Shown in pieces: positions 1 through 13,701 of a stretch of 64,000 nucleotides of DNA. The first letter of the stretch is position 1. The number at the start of each line of letters is the position of its first letter. The notes under the pieces were generated by a model. The model ran no database searches, had not been told where the DNA came from, and saw nothing but the letters and a program-made list of their open reading frames with translations. Source of the DNA: Camelus ferus (taxonomy: Eukaryota); contig NC_045696.1 of assembly GCF_009834535.1 (NCBI RefSeq), positions 18,292,001 to 18,356,000 of the forward strand. The letters run 5' to 3'. Both the position numbers and the translations under genes were made by a program.

Positions 1-1167
1 GTGACTTAATGAGCCCTTTCTCAATAGAATATTAAATAATGCAAAAGCTTGAAGGAGCCAAATTTATATACATTCTATGAAGTCACTAGATTCCTAGACA
101 AACACAGGTGCTAAATAATTATTACTAGCTGTCACAGTTTGATTGAACACTTTTTTTGAAAGGAGCTGTCATGCACTAGTATAAAATAACCTCTCAGGGA
201 AAGTACAGATGGCTGTGTCATTTAAAACAGAGCAAAATGGCTTAACACACAGAGAAAGAAGCCTCTTAAAGACAGAAAGAAAAAAGGAGACAAAATGAGA
301 GTTTAAAGAGAAGAACCATCTATTAGAAAGGATACGAGATTCTGATTTTTACAGTTGTGTCTTTCCCTGGCTTTTCCATGTTCTATCTCATGAGCTTTGT
401 GAAAGTCATTAATCAACCCAAGCCTCTTACTTATAAACTAGATCTAATAGTGTAGCCGCCCTCCAGTTGTTGCAAAAAGCAAACACAATAATAGCCATTT
501 GTGAAATGGGTTATACAATATTTTTTGTATTCAAGATTCTTTATCAATTGACATAAAATATTACACATAAACATTACCAACACACTTAAAAATTAATCAG
601 AATACCTTCTCCACATATCACAGTGCTATGCTTGCTAATAATGGCGGCCATCTGTGGATGAAATGCAATTTTTCATGATAAAAAAGTGTTTGATAATAGG
701 CATATCCACCAAGCAAGCAAACCAAGCAGTGCTGAAAGATTTAAATGTTTTGAAGAGATCCCAGATGTTCAACCCAGGATTTACACTAGACAATCAGGCT
801 GATTCCATTATGAGCACTCCCATTAATTCTTGAAAACTAATAGACTTTAAAAATCGTTATATATCATTAAACTTGAAAAAGATTAGTTACTAATTTTCAG
901 CCAAATTCATCAGAGGCCTCTCATCTACATAAGAAAATTGATTAAAAAATTTAAACATTACTCAACTCTGCTTTATAAGCTTGAGGAGCTGCAAATATGT
1001 ATATTTACGTTTATAATTAATGCATCTTTCTTGAGCCTTTTAAAAACTTTGCTGTGGTGCACAGTTTTCCATCTCATTCTTCCAATCCTTAGTTTTGTTA
1101 TTATTACTCTTTTCCTCCTTCTCCTTCCCATTTTCTCCCTCTACTATTGTTATTGTCATAATTTTTC

Positions 1168-1332
1168 CTGAGGCAGATCCGAATTTTGTGGCCTGAAACT
1201 TACACATGTTTGAGGAGCCCCTTAAGAAAATTCATACAAATTTGCAAGCATTAAGAGTGCCTTACAACTGACCTTCATTGGTGAGGAGTTCTGAAGCATA
1301 TGCTTCATTAACTTCACCATCAATCCCCTATT
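1168..1332. mobile_element. hAT-Tip100 MITE (Arthur1/MER69-like)
   Basis: Ends gaggcagatcc..ttttgtggcctgaa and ctgaagcatatgcttcattaacttcaccatcaatcccc resemble Arthur1/MER69 termini. Confidence 0.55.
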
Positions 1333-1339
1333 ATTACTT

Positions 1340-1460
1340 ACCACTGCTTACCAATATTCATTAATTTCTTGTTATTTGCCAAGCACTGTGCTAAATACTC
1401 CAAGCATATTATTTTATTTGATATGCATAAGAACTCTGTTAGACACTGTTATCATCTCAT
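1340..1460 (-). mobile_element. MIR fragment
   Basis: ttgccaagcactgtgctaaatact...ctgttatcatctcatt, a MIR core-like segment. Confidence 0.55.
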
Positions 1461-1464
1461 TAAT

Positions 1465-2165
1465 CCCTTTCAGAATGTCCAGAGTCCTTCCCGCCTCCAC
1501 TGACTCTACCAGCCTGGCCCATGTCACCTGGAATCACTGTAATATCTGTCTAATTGATCTCCCTGCTTTCGTCCATGGGTCTCTTCAGTCCGTCTTTAAT
1601 CCAGTGTCCAGAGGTCTTGTGTAAGTCAGATATGACCAAGCTTCTGATCAAAGTGTTCCCGTAGGTTGTTTTTTTTCTGCAAGGAAACCAGTTGTTGCAA
1701 TAGCAAACCACATTCTTAGTTTCACATGGTCTCTCAGTCTCTTCCCGACTTCAGCACCTGCTACCGTCCTTAGAAACCTGCTCCAGCCATACTGTTCACC
1801 ATTCTCGCTCAGTTACTCACATGAGGGTCTAGGCACATTCCCACAACAGGACCCCTACGACTCTTACGTCCTCTGCCTGGGAGGCCCTTCCTCAGGTATT
1901 TCCTTGGTTTGCTCCCTTGTTTCAGAAAGATCATTCCTAACTCCCTCATTAAAATGTCCACTCTTGAGCCCCCCAAACTTCCAACTCCAATTCTTGGCTT
2001 TATTTTCCTCCTTAACATTAACATATGAATTAGTATCTATTTTTATTTTTAATGTACAGTAAGCCCACTATAATATAAACTCCAAAGGAGCAGGGAGTTT
2101 TGTACAGTATCTAGAACAGTGACTAGAACGGGCTCATATGTTGAACATGTGAGCTAGAGAGAATG
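1465..2165 (+). mobile_element. L2 3' fragment
   Basis: cagaatgtccagagtcc...tcacctggaatcactgtaat...ctctgcctgggaggcccttcc...taaactccaaaggagcagggagttttgt. Confidence 0.65.
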
Positions 2166-2683
2166 CTAATCCAAAACATGACAGTGAGTTTTGGCATTGA
2201 AATCTTACCTCCAACTCGAAACGTTAAACTCTCACTTTGGTGGTTGTCGCTGTTTGGATGTTTTAGACGTGCCAACATATGCATGCATATATACATAACT
2301 TTGTATATTTTAATGATGTATTTAAGGATAAGTGATGGAACTGAAAGCACATGATAATAGTAGAAGTGTGTTATAAACATGAATGAAAAACAAATAACAA
2401 CTACATTTGTTGTATACATTCTGTCTATAGATGATTAACAGTAATTTTAAAAATCACTTATATATCTTTATTTCCTAATTGCTTTTGGAAATTAAAAAAA
2501 AAAAAGTTTCTACACAGCTAGGAATGCTTGAAGAATTTTAGACCAATTTTTTATGTAAAGTCCCAAAATGAAATTTCAGTTTACTAACAGTATTTAATTT
2601 AACTTGTAACTATTTGTTAAATCTCAATTGATCTGTTCAGATCTGTGCTGGGTTTTGAAACACTTCTTCTAGTGATGAGAGTC

Positions 2684-2813
2684 TAGGATGACCACATAAT
2701 TTATTGTCCAAAGAAGACATTTTTCTTCTGGAAAAATGTTAACCTGAAAGGGATGCTGGGACAATAGATATGATCTAGAATAGCTCTGGGCAACTGGATA
2801 CATAGTTTCACTA
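2684..2813. mobile_element. hAT-Blackjack MITE (MER94-like)
   Basis: taggatgaccacataatttattgtccaaa ... gggcaactggatacatagtttcacta, with degenerate TIRs over ~130 bp. Confidence 0.6.
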
Positions 2814-3879
2814 GTGAGTATCCCTAATACTTGTATTTTAGTGGATTGGATGAATCTTGTTTAAAACACATTATTCTAGACTATTCTGGATAACAACTTG
2901 GAGATACATTAATATTTATGCATGTAAGTTGGAGTCGTTTAAAACTTGTAAATATGTATTTAGTACAGGTGTTTAAATATTCATGTTACTATCTATTTGA
3001 ATAATTATAATAATATTAAGTTGAGTGAATATTTAGTCACTGCTTTTAAATAAGATTTTTTTTACTCCCAAAGTCATATAGTTATTAAATGGGAAAGACA
3101 GAACTTGAACCATGGTCCTTCTGATAAAGACTGAATTCTTTTTCATAGCCACCGTGACCCTTCTTGAGAGCAAATCATTCCCAATCAGAACTTAACACTT
3201 TATATGGTTAATACTCAAAATAAACTCACGCTTGTGGACTTTTATGATTTTTGTGGAATAAATTATTGGTCATAGTATAATGGAGACTTACATTAAGTTT
3301 TGCTTCTTAAAAAAACTCTAAGCGTACAATCTCAGTAATAAACACATTTAATCTTTGTAAATTAATGTGGGGATGTGAAATCGTTTTTATGTGTCTGCAT
3401 GCCTACTCATGGAGGACTGAATAAGCTCTAATCAAATAGTGGGATAGTTTCTTCCTAGTCAGCGTCAGGAATCTACTGACTTCCCTTTGAAAGACAGTAT
3501 CTTCACTTTGTTCGTTGCTTCTTTCATTCATTCATTTCATTTTTATTTGATTTGGGGGCTAAATAATACATTGCCACTGTGGACAATAAGATGATAAAAC
3601 AGTGAGGCACCCGAGTCAGGAGAGCTTATGGAAGGTGGATGAAGGGCTGGAACAGGAGGAGTTCTCAGGCTTTGTCATCCAGAGTCAGCAAAGGGGACCT
3701 CCTAAAAGGTGACAAGCAATGCGTGACATGACCAGGTTTTGAAAATACCCTCTTTCAATTGTTAGAAATAAAAATTATCCTAGCAATTTATCAAGACTGT
3801 CATCCAACAACTAATAACAGAGTATATTCTAGCCACCGAGAATAAAATACTACTTTTTATCTATTATTTGGGGTACTAT

Positions 3880-4000
3880 GTGTCAGTTTCCCATCTGTAA
3901 AGCAAAAACATGCTAACAATACTTATAACACTGAGTGGTGATAAGAATTAAATGATGTTAGATTTGTAAAGAGCTTAACAGTCACATTGATACAGAATTA
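3880..4000 (+). mobile_element. MIR fragment
   Basis: tcagtttcccatctgtaaa...gtggtgataagaattaaatga...tgtaaagagcttaacag. Confidence 0.7.
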
Positions 4001-4614
4001 ATATTGCAAAATTTGTTTTACTAACTAAATATCATTTAATGTGTTCTCACTTCTACAGTTTTGATTTATTATATTTATTTAAAAAATCTCTCACCATCTC
4101 CTAAATTTGGATCTTTGTCTCTGTGTTGCAGTCTTACCTAGTTTTGATAAAATCTTATTTTATTATCATATCTTATTTTACTATCATATGTTTAGCTATT
4201 ATTAGTCACTTGTGAAATGAATAAGTAAACTGGTAGTAAGATAGCATGAAAATAGTCTTCTTTTACAAAATGAGAGCAGCAGATATGAAATCATATGCAT
4301 TTATAACATTTCCCCTCAATTTATTTGTGTAACATTCCTCAAGGTAGAAATCTGAAAAAACTAATGCCACTTTGTTTTCAATAGTAAAAATCAATTTTAG
4401 TCTATTACAGCTTACCACCAACAACAAAAATAACAGTTCCACAGTAATAGGAATGAAATATTTTTTTCAATTTGTGTAAGGATGGATTTTATTTCCCTTA
4501 AGACGATTAAAACATGACTACTTTTCTTCATGACTGTAAAAATACACTTATTATAACTTATTTTTTGAGAAATTTCATTTTTCCTTCCAGAATTATAAAA
4601 TTTTACTATATGAC

Positions 4615-5099
4615 TATATTAGGATTATCCAGAGAAAACAGAGCCACCAGGCGATCTATCTATCTGTCTATCTAGAGAACAAAAGAAAAAGAGAAAGAGA
4701 GAGATTTATTATAAAGAATTTTCTCAAAAAATTACAAAGGCTGAGAAGTCCCAAGACCTGCAGTCAGCAAGCAGGGGACCCAGGAGAGCTGATGGTTGAG
4801 TTCCAGTCTGAGTTGGAAGGCCAGAAAACCAGGAGCATCTACAATGTGAGGTTTTGTCCAAGATCAAGAGAAGACAGGTGTATCAGCTCAGCCCAAACAA
4901 ATTTCTCTCTTGCTTGGCCTCTTTGTTCTCTTCTGGTTTTCAAATGATAGGATGAGGCCCACCCATGTTAGAGAAAGCAATCTACTCTACAAATTCTGCC
5001 AATTTGTGGTGTCAGAAGCACCATGCCATACATAGGGCTTGACCAAATGTCTGGACAATCCATGGCCCAGTCAAGTTAACACATAAAGTTAACCATCCT
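4615..5099 (-). mobile_element. MLT2B-like (ERVL) solo LTR
   Basis: Starts tattaggattatccagagaaaacagagcc, contains gagatttattataaagaatt and gaaggccagaaaaccagga, and ends ccagtcaagttaacacataaagttaaccatc (reverse complement of the MLT2 5' end). Confidence 0.85.
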
Positions 5100-5381
5100 C
5101 TCTATGAGACCAAGGGACTCTTACTTTGATCAAAAGTATTAAGAGCATTATTAATTTAGAAATTAACACTGAAAATGCACCTGCTGCTTGGCACTCTACA
5201 TGGTATAATATTGATTGTGCTTTGTACCTTTGTAACTTCTGATCAATTATAGACAACAGCAATTTAATGCTACAAAACAAATAAAATATTCTAACTAGTA
5301 CACATATTCAGTATGCAATAATTTCTGCTACCTTTTGCTTAAATGATACAATCTCTGTGAAAAGATTTTGAGCTGGGCAGG

Positions 5382-8218
5382 CATGGCCAACTTTATGTTC
5401 CATAGATGTCCATAAAAATAACTCCCATGTAAGGCTCTTCTTATGATGTCACCTTGACATTCTTCCAATCAAAAAATGAGGGTTGATTTTCATTCCTTGG
5501 AATCTGAGTGATGGCTTTTTGATTATAGCAGAAAATACATTAAATGACATCTGAGGCTGGTTCATATAAGGACACTGGAGAACTTTGGAAATCTGAGTGA
5601 TAATGTAACACATCCAAGGCTATAAGGAAGTCCAGCATATGTGAAGTAGTGTTCTGGTTGACACAGCCAGCAGGAATCCCTAATTACTGCCTAGCATCAG
5701 ACATGAATGAAAATGCCTTCACATGATTCTTTTGCCCAGAAACTGAGGCCTCTCAGGTATAGCCTCTGATATCGTTGAACAGATGGAAATTCCTTCTGTT
5801 TTTCTTCTAAATTCAGCAATTTCCAAAGTATCCGTAATCATAATAAGTGATTGTTTTAAGATGAAAAATTTGGGGTAATGTTGTATGCACTTGTAAATGA
5901 ATGGAACAAAACTGCAAGTAGTAGCTGCCATAACCAAAACCTAACCCATGTGAAATTGTCTTTGAGTCATAATGTTATTGTTAATAAAAGCCTAAAAGGT
6001 TTTTAGAACAGTATTACAATAGTGCTAATGAACCTAAGTGGCTTGGAGAAGCCTGTCGGTAAAAGCTTAAAGGAGATTAAGGGCAATGGCATTGGGAAAT
6101 AGAGGAAAGGGGGGATTGCCATAGAGTGCCAAGAAATTTGGCAATGCTCTTGCCTAAATTAAGGTGCAAAATAGGAATCATATCTAATGAACTTAATTGC
6201 TAACTAGAAGACCTCCAGGCAAAGTGTTGAAGATGCCATCTGGCCTTTTCTCTCTGCTTTTAAATAAAATTTAAATAAAATAAAGAATGAGCTGTTAAAT
6301 ATTTAAAAGTCAGAGTTTGTAGAATTCTAAATTAAAACTGCACCTTGTTGCCAAATTTTCCAGATGGCAAATTATTCTGAAATTAAAAAATAGCTTTGAG
6401 GCAAAGATTAAATCCATGGTAGAACCGTAAGTTCCTATGTTAGGACCTTAAATTATATAGGGTAATATTTCACATAACCTTTTGGGCAAAACTCCCTCTA
6501 AAAATCATGCAGGGGTGTCATACAGGTCTAAACAAAGAGGGTTCTAATAATCGTAAGGATTTTTTTCTCACAGTAGTACCATTGGGAGACTAAATCAATA
6601 GAGGATTATATTTATTAGATTTGGGCATATTTTTAAATTTGGATTTGGGCTCAGTTGTAGTGTCTTGGAGTTGCTCCCTGTGGCTTTTGAACCTGACTTC
6701 TAGTTACAGCATCTGAGTAATCCTTCCTTTTTGACAAAAAGTAGCATGTATGTATATATCCAGGTAGTTTTTTTGGTTTTTTTTTAGCATTTTGTTTGCC
6801 CAAATTGATTTCAGGAGCTTTATTGACTAGTGGCTTCTGAGTGCCTCCTGACTTTCTCATTTGAAATTGGGAATGTTTATAGTGGTTACCCGTGCCTATT
6901 CCACAGTTGTGTGATGAGTGTGTGGTAGTGTTACCAGAAAGCAGGTTCTTGTCTCACACAGGAAAGAATTCAAGAGGGGGCCATAGTAAAGTGAAAGCAA
7001 GTTTATTTAGAGAGAAACACATTCCATAGAAAGAGTGAGGTTTTTTCCTCAAAAGTGAGAGTGGCCCCGGGATGCAGGGTTGGTTAGTTTTTGTGGGCTA
7101 GGTAATTTCATAATGCTAACAAGTGGGAGGGTTATTACAACTGTTTTGGGGAAAGAGAGGGAATGCCAGGAATTGGTGTCCCCCCCCCCCCCCGCTTCTT
7201 GGCCTTTTATGATCGGTGTGGGAACTGTCATGTTGCATATGGGTGTGTCATTTAGGATTTTAATACATTACAATAAGCCTATAGTGAAGCTCAAGGTTTA
7301 CTGGAAGTTGAATCTTCTGCCATCTTGGGGCTAGTTGGCTCTAACCAGTTTATATCGTATCCTCAAAGGCTATGTCATTCTTTTAATGGTTGTGCCCTGC
7401 CCCCTTCCCTCCAGTCCCAATAGAGCAGAGAAATACTTTTTCTCTTTATTTTACAAGTCTACAGACTAAAAGAAATAGTAAACAAAGAGCTGTACCCAGT
7501 ATCCTTTACCTGAGCAGCTTCCTCTATACCTGGGAACTTAAATTCTCAAATTTGAATTAATACTAGAATGGCCAAATGAAGGAGGAGATGTATGCATTGT
7601 TCATGTGGGAGAGATGTGAAATTATGTGGCTGAGGGTACACTGTGGAAGATTATATTTTTCAAGGATGGCTGCCACATCTCTCATTGCTCATGCTCTTAT
7701 TATAATGTGATTTTGATAGTCTTTTCATGAAGAAATAAGGCCTATGTTTTCAACCATTGAATCTGGAAGGGCTTGTCACTAAGGTAGAAGTGAGCCCTGC
7801 ATGATTTCTGAGGCTAGGTCATAAAAGGCAATACAGCCGCCACCTGGCTCTCTTGCAACACTTGCACTAGGAGCTTAATCCAACATGTAATATGTTTTGT
7901 ACATAGTGCTGCAATAAAGCTTAGGCCAATGGAAATACCATATTTTGACCAGAGCTCTAATTGAGTTCCTAGACAACTACAAGTGTCAGAGGGTAGGCAA
8001 GTGAATGAATATATATTCAGATAATTCTTGACCCAAATGATGAGTTACTTATTATTTTAAAGGAATCCAAGTAAGGTCCCTTCATGGAACAGGGACAAAC
8101 AGTCCTCACTTTGCCTCTTCCCAATCCCCAACACATAGAATCTGTGAGCATATTAAAATGACTGTTTTAAGATGCTAAATTTGGGGATGCTCTGTTACAC
8201 AGCAATAAATAATAGGAA
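5382..8218 (+). mobile_element. Full-structure MaLR (MLT1G-like LTR - MLT1 internal - LTR)
   Basis: Two homologous LTRs (~5382-5908 and 7642-~8218) share the end motif tgttttaagatg..aaatttgggg..tg. The 3' LTR begins tgtggaagattatatttttcaaggatggctgccaca, like the MLT1G consensus start. The internal region begins with MLT-int-like gctgccataaccaaaacctaa. Confidence 0.8.
6929..7419 (-). mobile_element. ERV1-type solo LTR nested in the MaLR internal region
   Basis: TG...CA termini (tgttaccagaaagc...cagtccca). Flanks GTAG/ATAG form a near-perfect 4-bp TSD. tttatt near the left end is a minus-strand AATAAA. Composition is more GC-rich than the host element. Confidence 0.75.
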
Positions 8219-8959
8219 TGCCAGGTAAGTTATAGAGAAAATATTGTATGCTAGTTAATCTTTATCCAATAAGGAAAATGAAAATATATAAGTGCAGATA
8301 AACAGAACTTGGTGGCGAAAACTTTAAAGGCAATGGATAGTATCAAATATCTGTTTTATCTTTAAAATTGACTCTATAGAAGGATGAAAAGTTAGAAGCC
8401 ACCATTGTAGAAAATGGGCATTGGGGAAAAGATAGCTTGCATCAGCATGTAGGCTATTATAGTAATTCATTAATTCATGTGAATTTATATAAATAAATAG
8501 TAATGAAAGTGGTAGAGATTAAGTGATAAGACCAAATATATTTTTTAAATGGTTATGATACATTTACATATTAACTAAGTAATAGTTCCCACTCACTCTC
8601 ATTTGAAAATAGAGGTGCATTTCCAGTAAAACAATTCTAGATTTATAAGGACTAATGCTGAAAAGCTTACAAATATCATGTGTAAATAAGCAGACATGAA
8701 ATTAAATTACGGTATTAACACAGCAATCAGCATTAGAAATTGTTTTGTGGCACTTTGAATGATAAAATATGCATGTCATACATTATGTAGAACTTGTAAT
8801 AGACTGCTTACTTCTCACTATTTTCCTAGGTGAATTCTAAGGTCCAAAACTTGAAACTAAATATTTCTAAGTTATTGCATAAAATATGTTTTTAATGTTT
8901 AACAGCCGTTCACAAATGTCTTTTTGTAGAACCTCATAATCTTCCCAATATCTAAGTTT

Positions 8960-10570
8960 TGGGGTATTTCAGATCCCTCTGTGGACTCAGACTTCATTAC
9001 TTCTATACTTAAATTTACTACTTAGATGATCTCATAGTATATCATAGATTTGATGATCACCTAATACTAATAATTCCCTAATTAGATCTCTAGCCCAGAC
9101 CCCTTTTCCAAAATCCAAACTCAAGAAATCCAGCTCTCTTTTAGCATCTTTGTTTGAGTGTCTAATAATGGTCTCAATTCAAATAAAAGTTATATGTCTT
9201 TACCCAGATATAACATGTAGCTAATTTCCCCTTAGTCTTCTTCGTGTCATCAAATAGTGACATTAACTTTCCAGTATTTTGGAAGAAAAGAGCTGGTGTC
9301 ATTATTAATCCCTTTCCTTAAACATCTCATCTGATTTTTTTTCAGAAAATCTTATCACTGCTACTTTTATTTCAGAGTGCATCCAGAATTTAACCACATC
9401 TCACCATTCCCACTGTTACTATTCTAGTAGAAGCATCTTAACTCTCTGTATTTTGTATATGTGTATTTTGTATATATACCTTCCAAATTTTTTACTTTTG
9501 CTAGTTGACTCAAACCACCACCAATCTCCTTCTCTTTTATTCTACCTTTTTATTCCCCAAATAGCACCTGGATATCCCGTCTAGAGAAAAATCTTCCATG
9601 ATTTCTTATCTCATACAGAGAAAAGGCTAATGTGCTTGTGATGGTTAATATTATGTCAGCTTGCTTGGACCCCAGGGTGCCCAGACATTTGGCTAAACAG
9701 TATTCCAGGTGTGTTTGTGAACGTGTTTCTGCATGAAATTAGCATTTAAATCAGTAGACTAAATAAAACAACTGCCTCCAAGCATGGGTGGTGATCAAAC
9801 AGTCAATTCAGGGCCTGAATAGAATAAAGAGAGAATTTGCTTTCTCTGCCTGACCTTTCATTTGGGACATTGGTCTTCCCCTGCTTTTGACCTGTAACTT
9901 AGGCCATTGACACTCCTTGATTGCTCAGGCCTTCCAACTCAGATTGGAATTTATACCACTGACTCTCCAGCGTCTTCTCAGCCTCCATAATCATGTGATC
10001 CAATTCCTTATAATAAATCTTCATTTATATTCTACTGGTTCTGTTTTGTTGGACAACCCCAATACAGTGCTTATCAGGACCTGCATGGCCATCCTAGATT
10101 TGGATTATGATAACTCTTGATCTCTTTCAGGCGTTTCCGTTTTTTCACTACACACTAGTCTCATTGGGGTCTTTTTGTTTTTCTGCCCTGGAACACAGTA
10201 GTATGTAGGATCCAGGCCGAGGATTTTTACACTTGCCTGGATACTAGTTATCCAGGTATCTATAACTAGTTCTGTATTAAAAAGTCAGCTTCTCAGTGAA
10301 GTCTCCATTATGTCCCGCCCTACATAACTTCATCTGTATCCAACTTTTCCTAAAATAAAAGTTTTATATTTTTTTCCATGATTTATTTTCCTACTTAGTA
10401 CTTATCACCGCCTAAAATACTGTATCTTTCCTCATTTACATTGTCTCTTACTATCTTCACCAGAATGCTCTATGTTATTGGTAATTACCATTTGTTTTGT
10501 CAATTAATGTATCCCACAAGCTTTGGATAGTGGCACATAGCTCTCAGTAAATATTTGTTGAATGGATAAT
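8960..10570 (+). mobile_element. L2 LINE 3' fragment (interrupted by the MLT2D-like LTR)
   Basis: L2-like motifs atctctagcccagacc, atccagaatttaaccacatctcacc, and the 3' end ctcagtaaatatttgttgaatggat. Confidence 0.7.
9637..10066 (+). mobile_element. MLT2D-like (ERVL) solo LTR with perfect 5-bp TSD
   Basis: tgtgatggttaatattatgtcagcttg...ccccaataca. GTGCT lies on both sides (9632-9636, 10067-10071). AATAAA near 10013. Confidence 0.9.
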
Positions 10571-11471
10571 TGATGAAATTTTATTATTTTTACCTTCAAA
10601 ATATATCCTGAATCTCAGTTTTCACTAATTTTCATTATTTTTTTTTAAAAATTACCCCTGGTCTTAGATTTGGCCAGTTCTCACCTGGGTTATTATAAGA
10701 TCCCAATTTCTTCCCTTCCTCCATGACATGACTCTTCAAAAGATAACCAGAATAGTTTTTTTCAGGACAAAAGTCAGATAATAGGTGTTTTTGCTCCCAA
10801 TTCTATCACAGCTTCGTGTCTCACTCAGAATGAAAAAGTCTTAACCATGGTCAGGACATCTTGCACTTTCTGAATGGCAGAGGACTGAATGATTAGTCAT
10901 CATTTTTTTTCTTTTGTATAATATGCTTCTATAGTCTGACTTCCTATCATTTGCCCTGAGGGAAACCTACCTCAGCTGAAGGTCCAAAGAGGAACTAATG
11001 GAGCAGATCTAGCTAGAAGCCAAATCTATCTAGCCCTCAGTGTACATCTGCAAAATGTTGAACTAGATAAAGTAGAATTTTAGGGGTCTAAAATATTGAT
11101 GTTTTATTCTCATATGATGTGATTTCTAAGGGTGTTGAAATATCAATAGTGTTAACTTGCAATGCAATAGAGAGAATATTTCTGTATAAGGTCAATTTAT
11201 CTTATGGCTCTCCAGAGAGAATTAGCTCCAGAAATTATCTAGGGCCTCATTATAGTTTATCTTCATCTATGTGTTATGCCCATGAAATGAACTCTAGAGA
11301 AAGGATTTTAATAAGGGTCTAGTTTATAAAATATTGTTTTCATTACATTCTATAATAAATATTAAAATAAGTAAATATAGTTTTAAACATTTTAAAGAAT
11401 TATTGATTCAGTAAAAATAAAAATTATATATATAACTATTAAATAGAAACATCATTACATTGTAATTCTTT

Positions 11472-11576
11472 TTTTAACATTTTTTATTGATTTATAATCA
11501 TTTTACAATGTATCAAATTCCAGTGTAGAGCACAATTTTTCAGTTATACATGAACATATATATATTCATTGTCACA
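11472..11576 (-). mobile_element. Young, 5'-truncated L1 3'-end insertion with 11-bp TSD
   Basis: T-tract followed by aacattttttattgatttataatcattttacaatg...cagtgtagagcacaatttttcagttatacatg. TGTAATTCTTT is duplicated at 11461-11471 and 11577-11587. Confidence 0.8.
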
Positions 11577-13344
11577 TGTAATTCTTTATCATATCATGCC
11601 CCACAAAGTTTTATTAGCTTTGTTAAATAATTTTTTCTATTATCTGAGATTCTTATCTTTCTAGCCAGCAAAATTTTAAAGGTAAAATATTATTTTAACG
11701 ATTTCTCCATCTTATAACACCACTTTCCAAACATATCTCTGCTGTATGAGTATTGTAAATTTGGTACCTTAGGGAATTTGAGGTATGTCAGAAGAACTTT
11801 CTCAAATAATGACTGTCACATGAGGTGTTTGCTGATGAGCAATGTATGAAAACTAAAGCCACTTATTTCTTTCTGGTTTAATATTAGAGACAATTTTGTT
11901 TTAATAATAATAATACTTTTGTTATAACAATACTTTTGAATGTGATTAAGTAATAATTATGCTTTACTAGTTAGAAGTTTTATAAGTTTTATAATCTGTT
12001 AATTATCTGGTTTTGTAAATAAATTTTAAATTATTTTATAATAATATTTTAATAGAATCTCATTGGAGTATCATGGATGGATTGCTCTCTTTTAAGTAAT
12101 GTCATTCAAAGGAAAAGTGACTTTGAGCTTTAACATATGTTAAATTAACTTTATACGATGAGATAACAAAGTATTTACTTTAAAAACATGCCCCACCTCC
12201 CTACACACCTTAGAATTAATTATTTCATTGAATTTTAATTTGTATAAAGAAAAATAAAAAAATAATTAAGTGTATAGTGTGATGAGATTTGAGGAATATA
12301 TAAAACTGTGTAATCTACTTTATATCGAGACATACAGCATTTCACCCTAAAAATTTATTTTTGTCTTTCCAAAAAGAGTATCAGCAAGAAAGTTACCTTG
12401 ATGTGGCAATAATCTTGATATGGGAATTTAGATCTCAGCATGAGAATCACAATGGTATCTTCCCCTGTGCTACGGTGAAGTATCAGACTAGGATGGAGAA
12501 TCAGACTGGGCATGTGGGCATGTTTATTATCCTAACTTCCTCAGAAGAGGAGATGAAAATTAGAACTTTATTATAAAACTGATTAGTTATGAATGTATTA
12601 TATAAAATTTTACTTTAGTTTTACTTTGAACGTTTTATAATACCCTTACTTTACATTAAAATCACTTAATTCTATATTTTGCAATGTTTCATGTGATAAA
12701 GACTGATTGTACTGTGTTTTAGTCATTTTTTTAATTATCAGTTTACAGAAAGTTGTCATCACTGAGAATCTTTCATAATGCATCATTCTGCCACCCTGAA
12801 TAATCAGATTAACTGAATTTTTCAACTTTATGTTATATAAAATCTTCTCCTTCTACATCTTCTGATCCTCTGAGCCACGTTATATTTACTATTATAAGAT
12901 TTTTCAGAGTATTTGTAATTCCAAAGATAACAGCATGATAGGATTATTTTCAGTGTTTAAATATTAAAATCAGTTGATTGGCTGTTTTTTGACTGAAAAA
13001 AAAAACATTGGTGCCTAAATAGTTTGAGTCACTACACTGTATTAAACTAATCCTGATGAATTTTCATATGAAATACAAGTAATTGTTTCAGTATTCTCTC
13101 TACTTGTTTTGATTGTCCCAAAGATTGCGAATTTTCCCTCAATTTTAGTTTTTTTTTCTCCTTTCCCTCTTTGTATTAAAAGACTGAGTTTGAGGGGTAG
13201 TTGTGTGTGTGCGTGTGTGTTTTATTTGTTTTTGTTTCTGGATGTTTATTTTGTTTTGCTTTCTTTTGTATTATGGTGGATTTATTTAAATTTGGTATTG
13301 GGAGGCACTGGCCATACTATTTTCTAGAAAAATAAGCTCCTGTT

Positions 13345-13701
13345 CTGTACTTGCATTAAATGGCAGGTATGGCAATGTGACTAGGAGTGGCCAATTGTAT
13401 AGAAGGGATAGTTCTTCTGTTCACTTGCTGGTATTTCCCTTAAGGAGGAATGACTTCCCTTCTGTTCCTCTTTCTTATGACACGAGACATGCAAATGAGA
13501 TAGCACTGACCTCACAGAAAAGGTAACATGCTAGGGATGGCAGAGCAAAACCATTAGCAGGGGAGTGGGTCCCTGGACACACTCATGATGTGTAACCTTC
13601 ATACAAGTCTAGATTGCTAAGCGAGATAGAACACAAATATTGTGTGTAAGTCATTTCTTATTTTGAGCTGTTTCAACCAGCAATAACTATGTCATAATAC
13701 A
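13345..13701 (+). mobile_element. Old MLT1 (MLT1J-like) LTR
   Basis: catgctagggatggcagagcaaaa...gggtccctgga...taagtcatttcttattttgagctgtttc...taataca. Confidence 0.5.
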
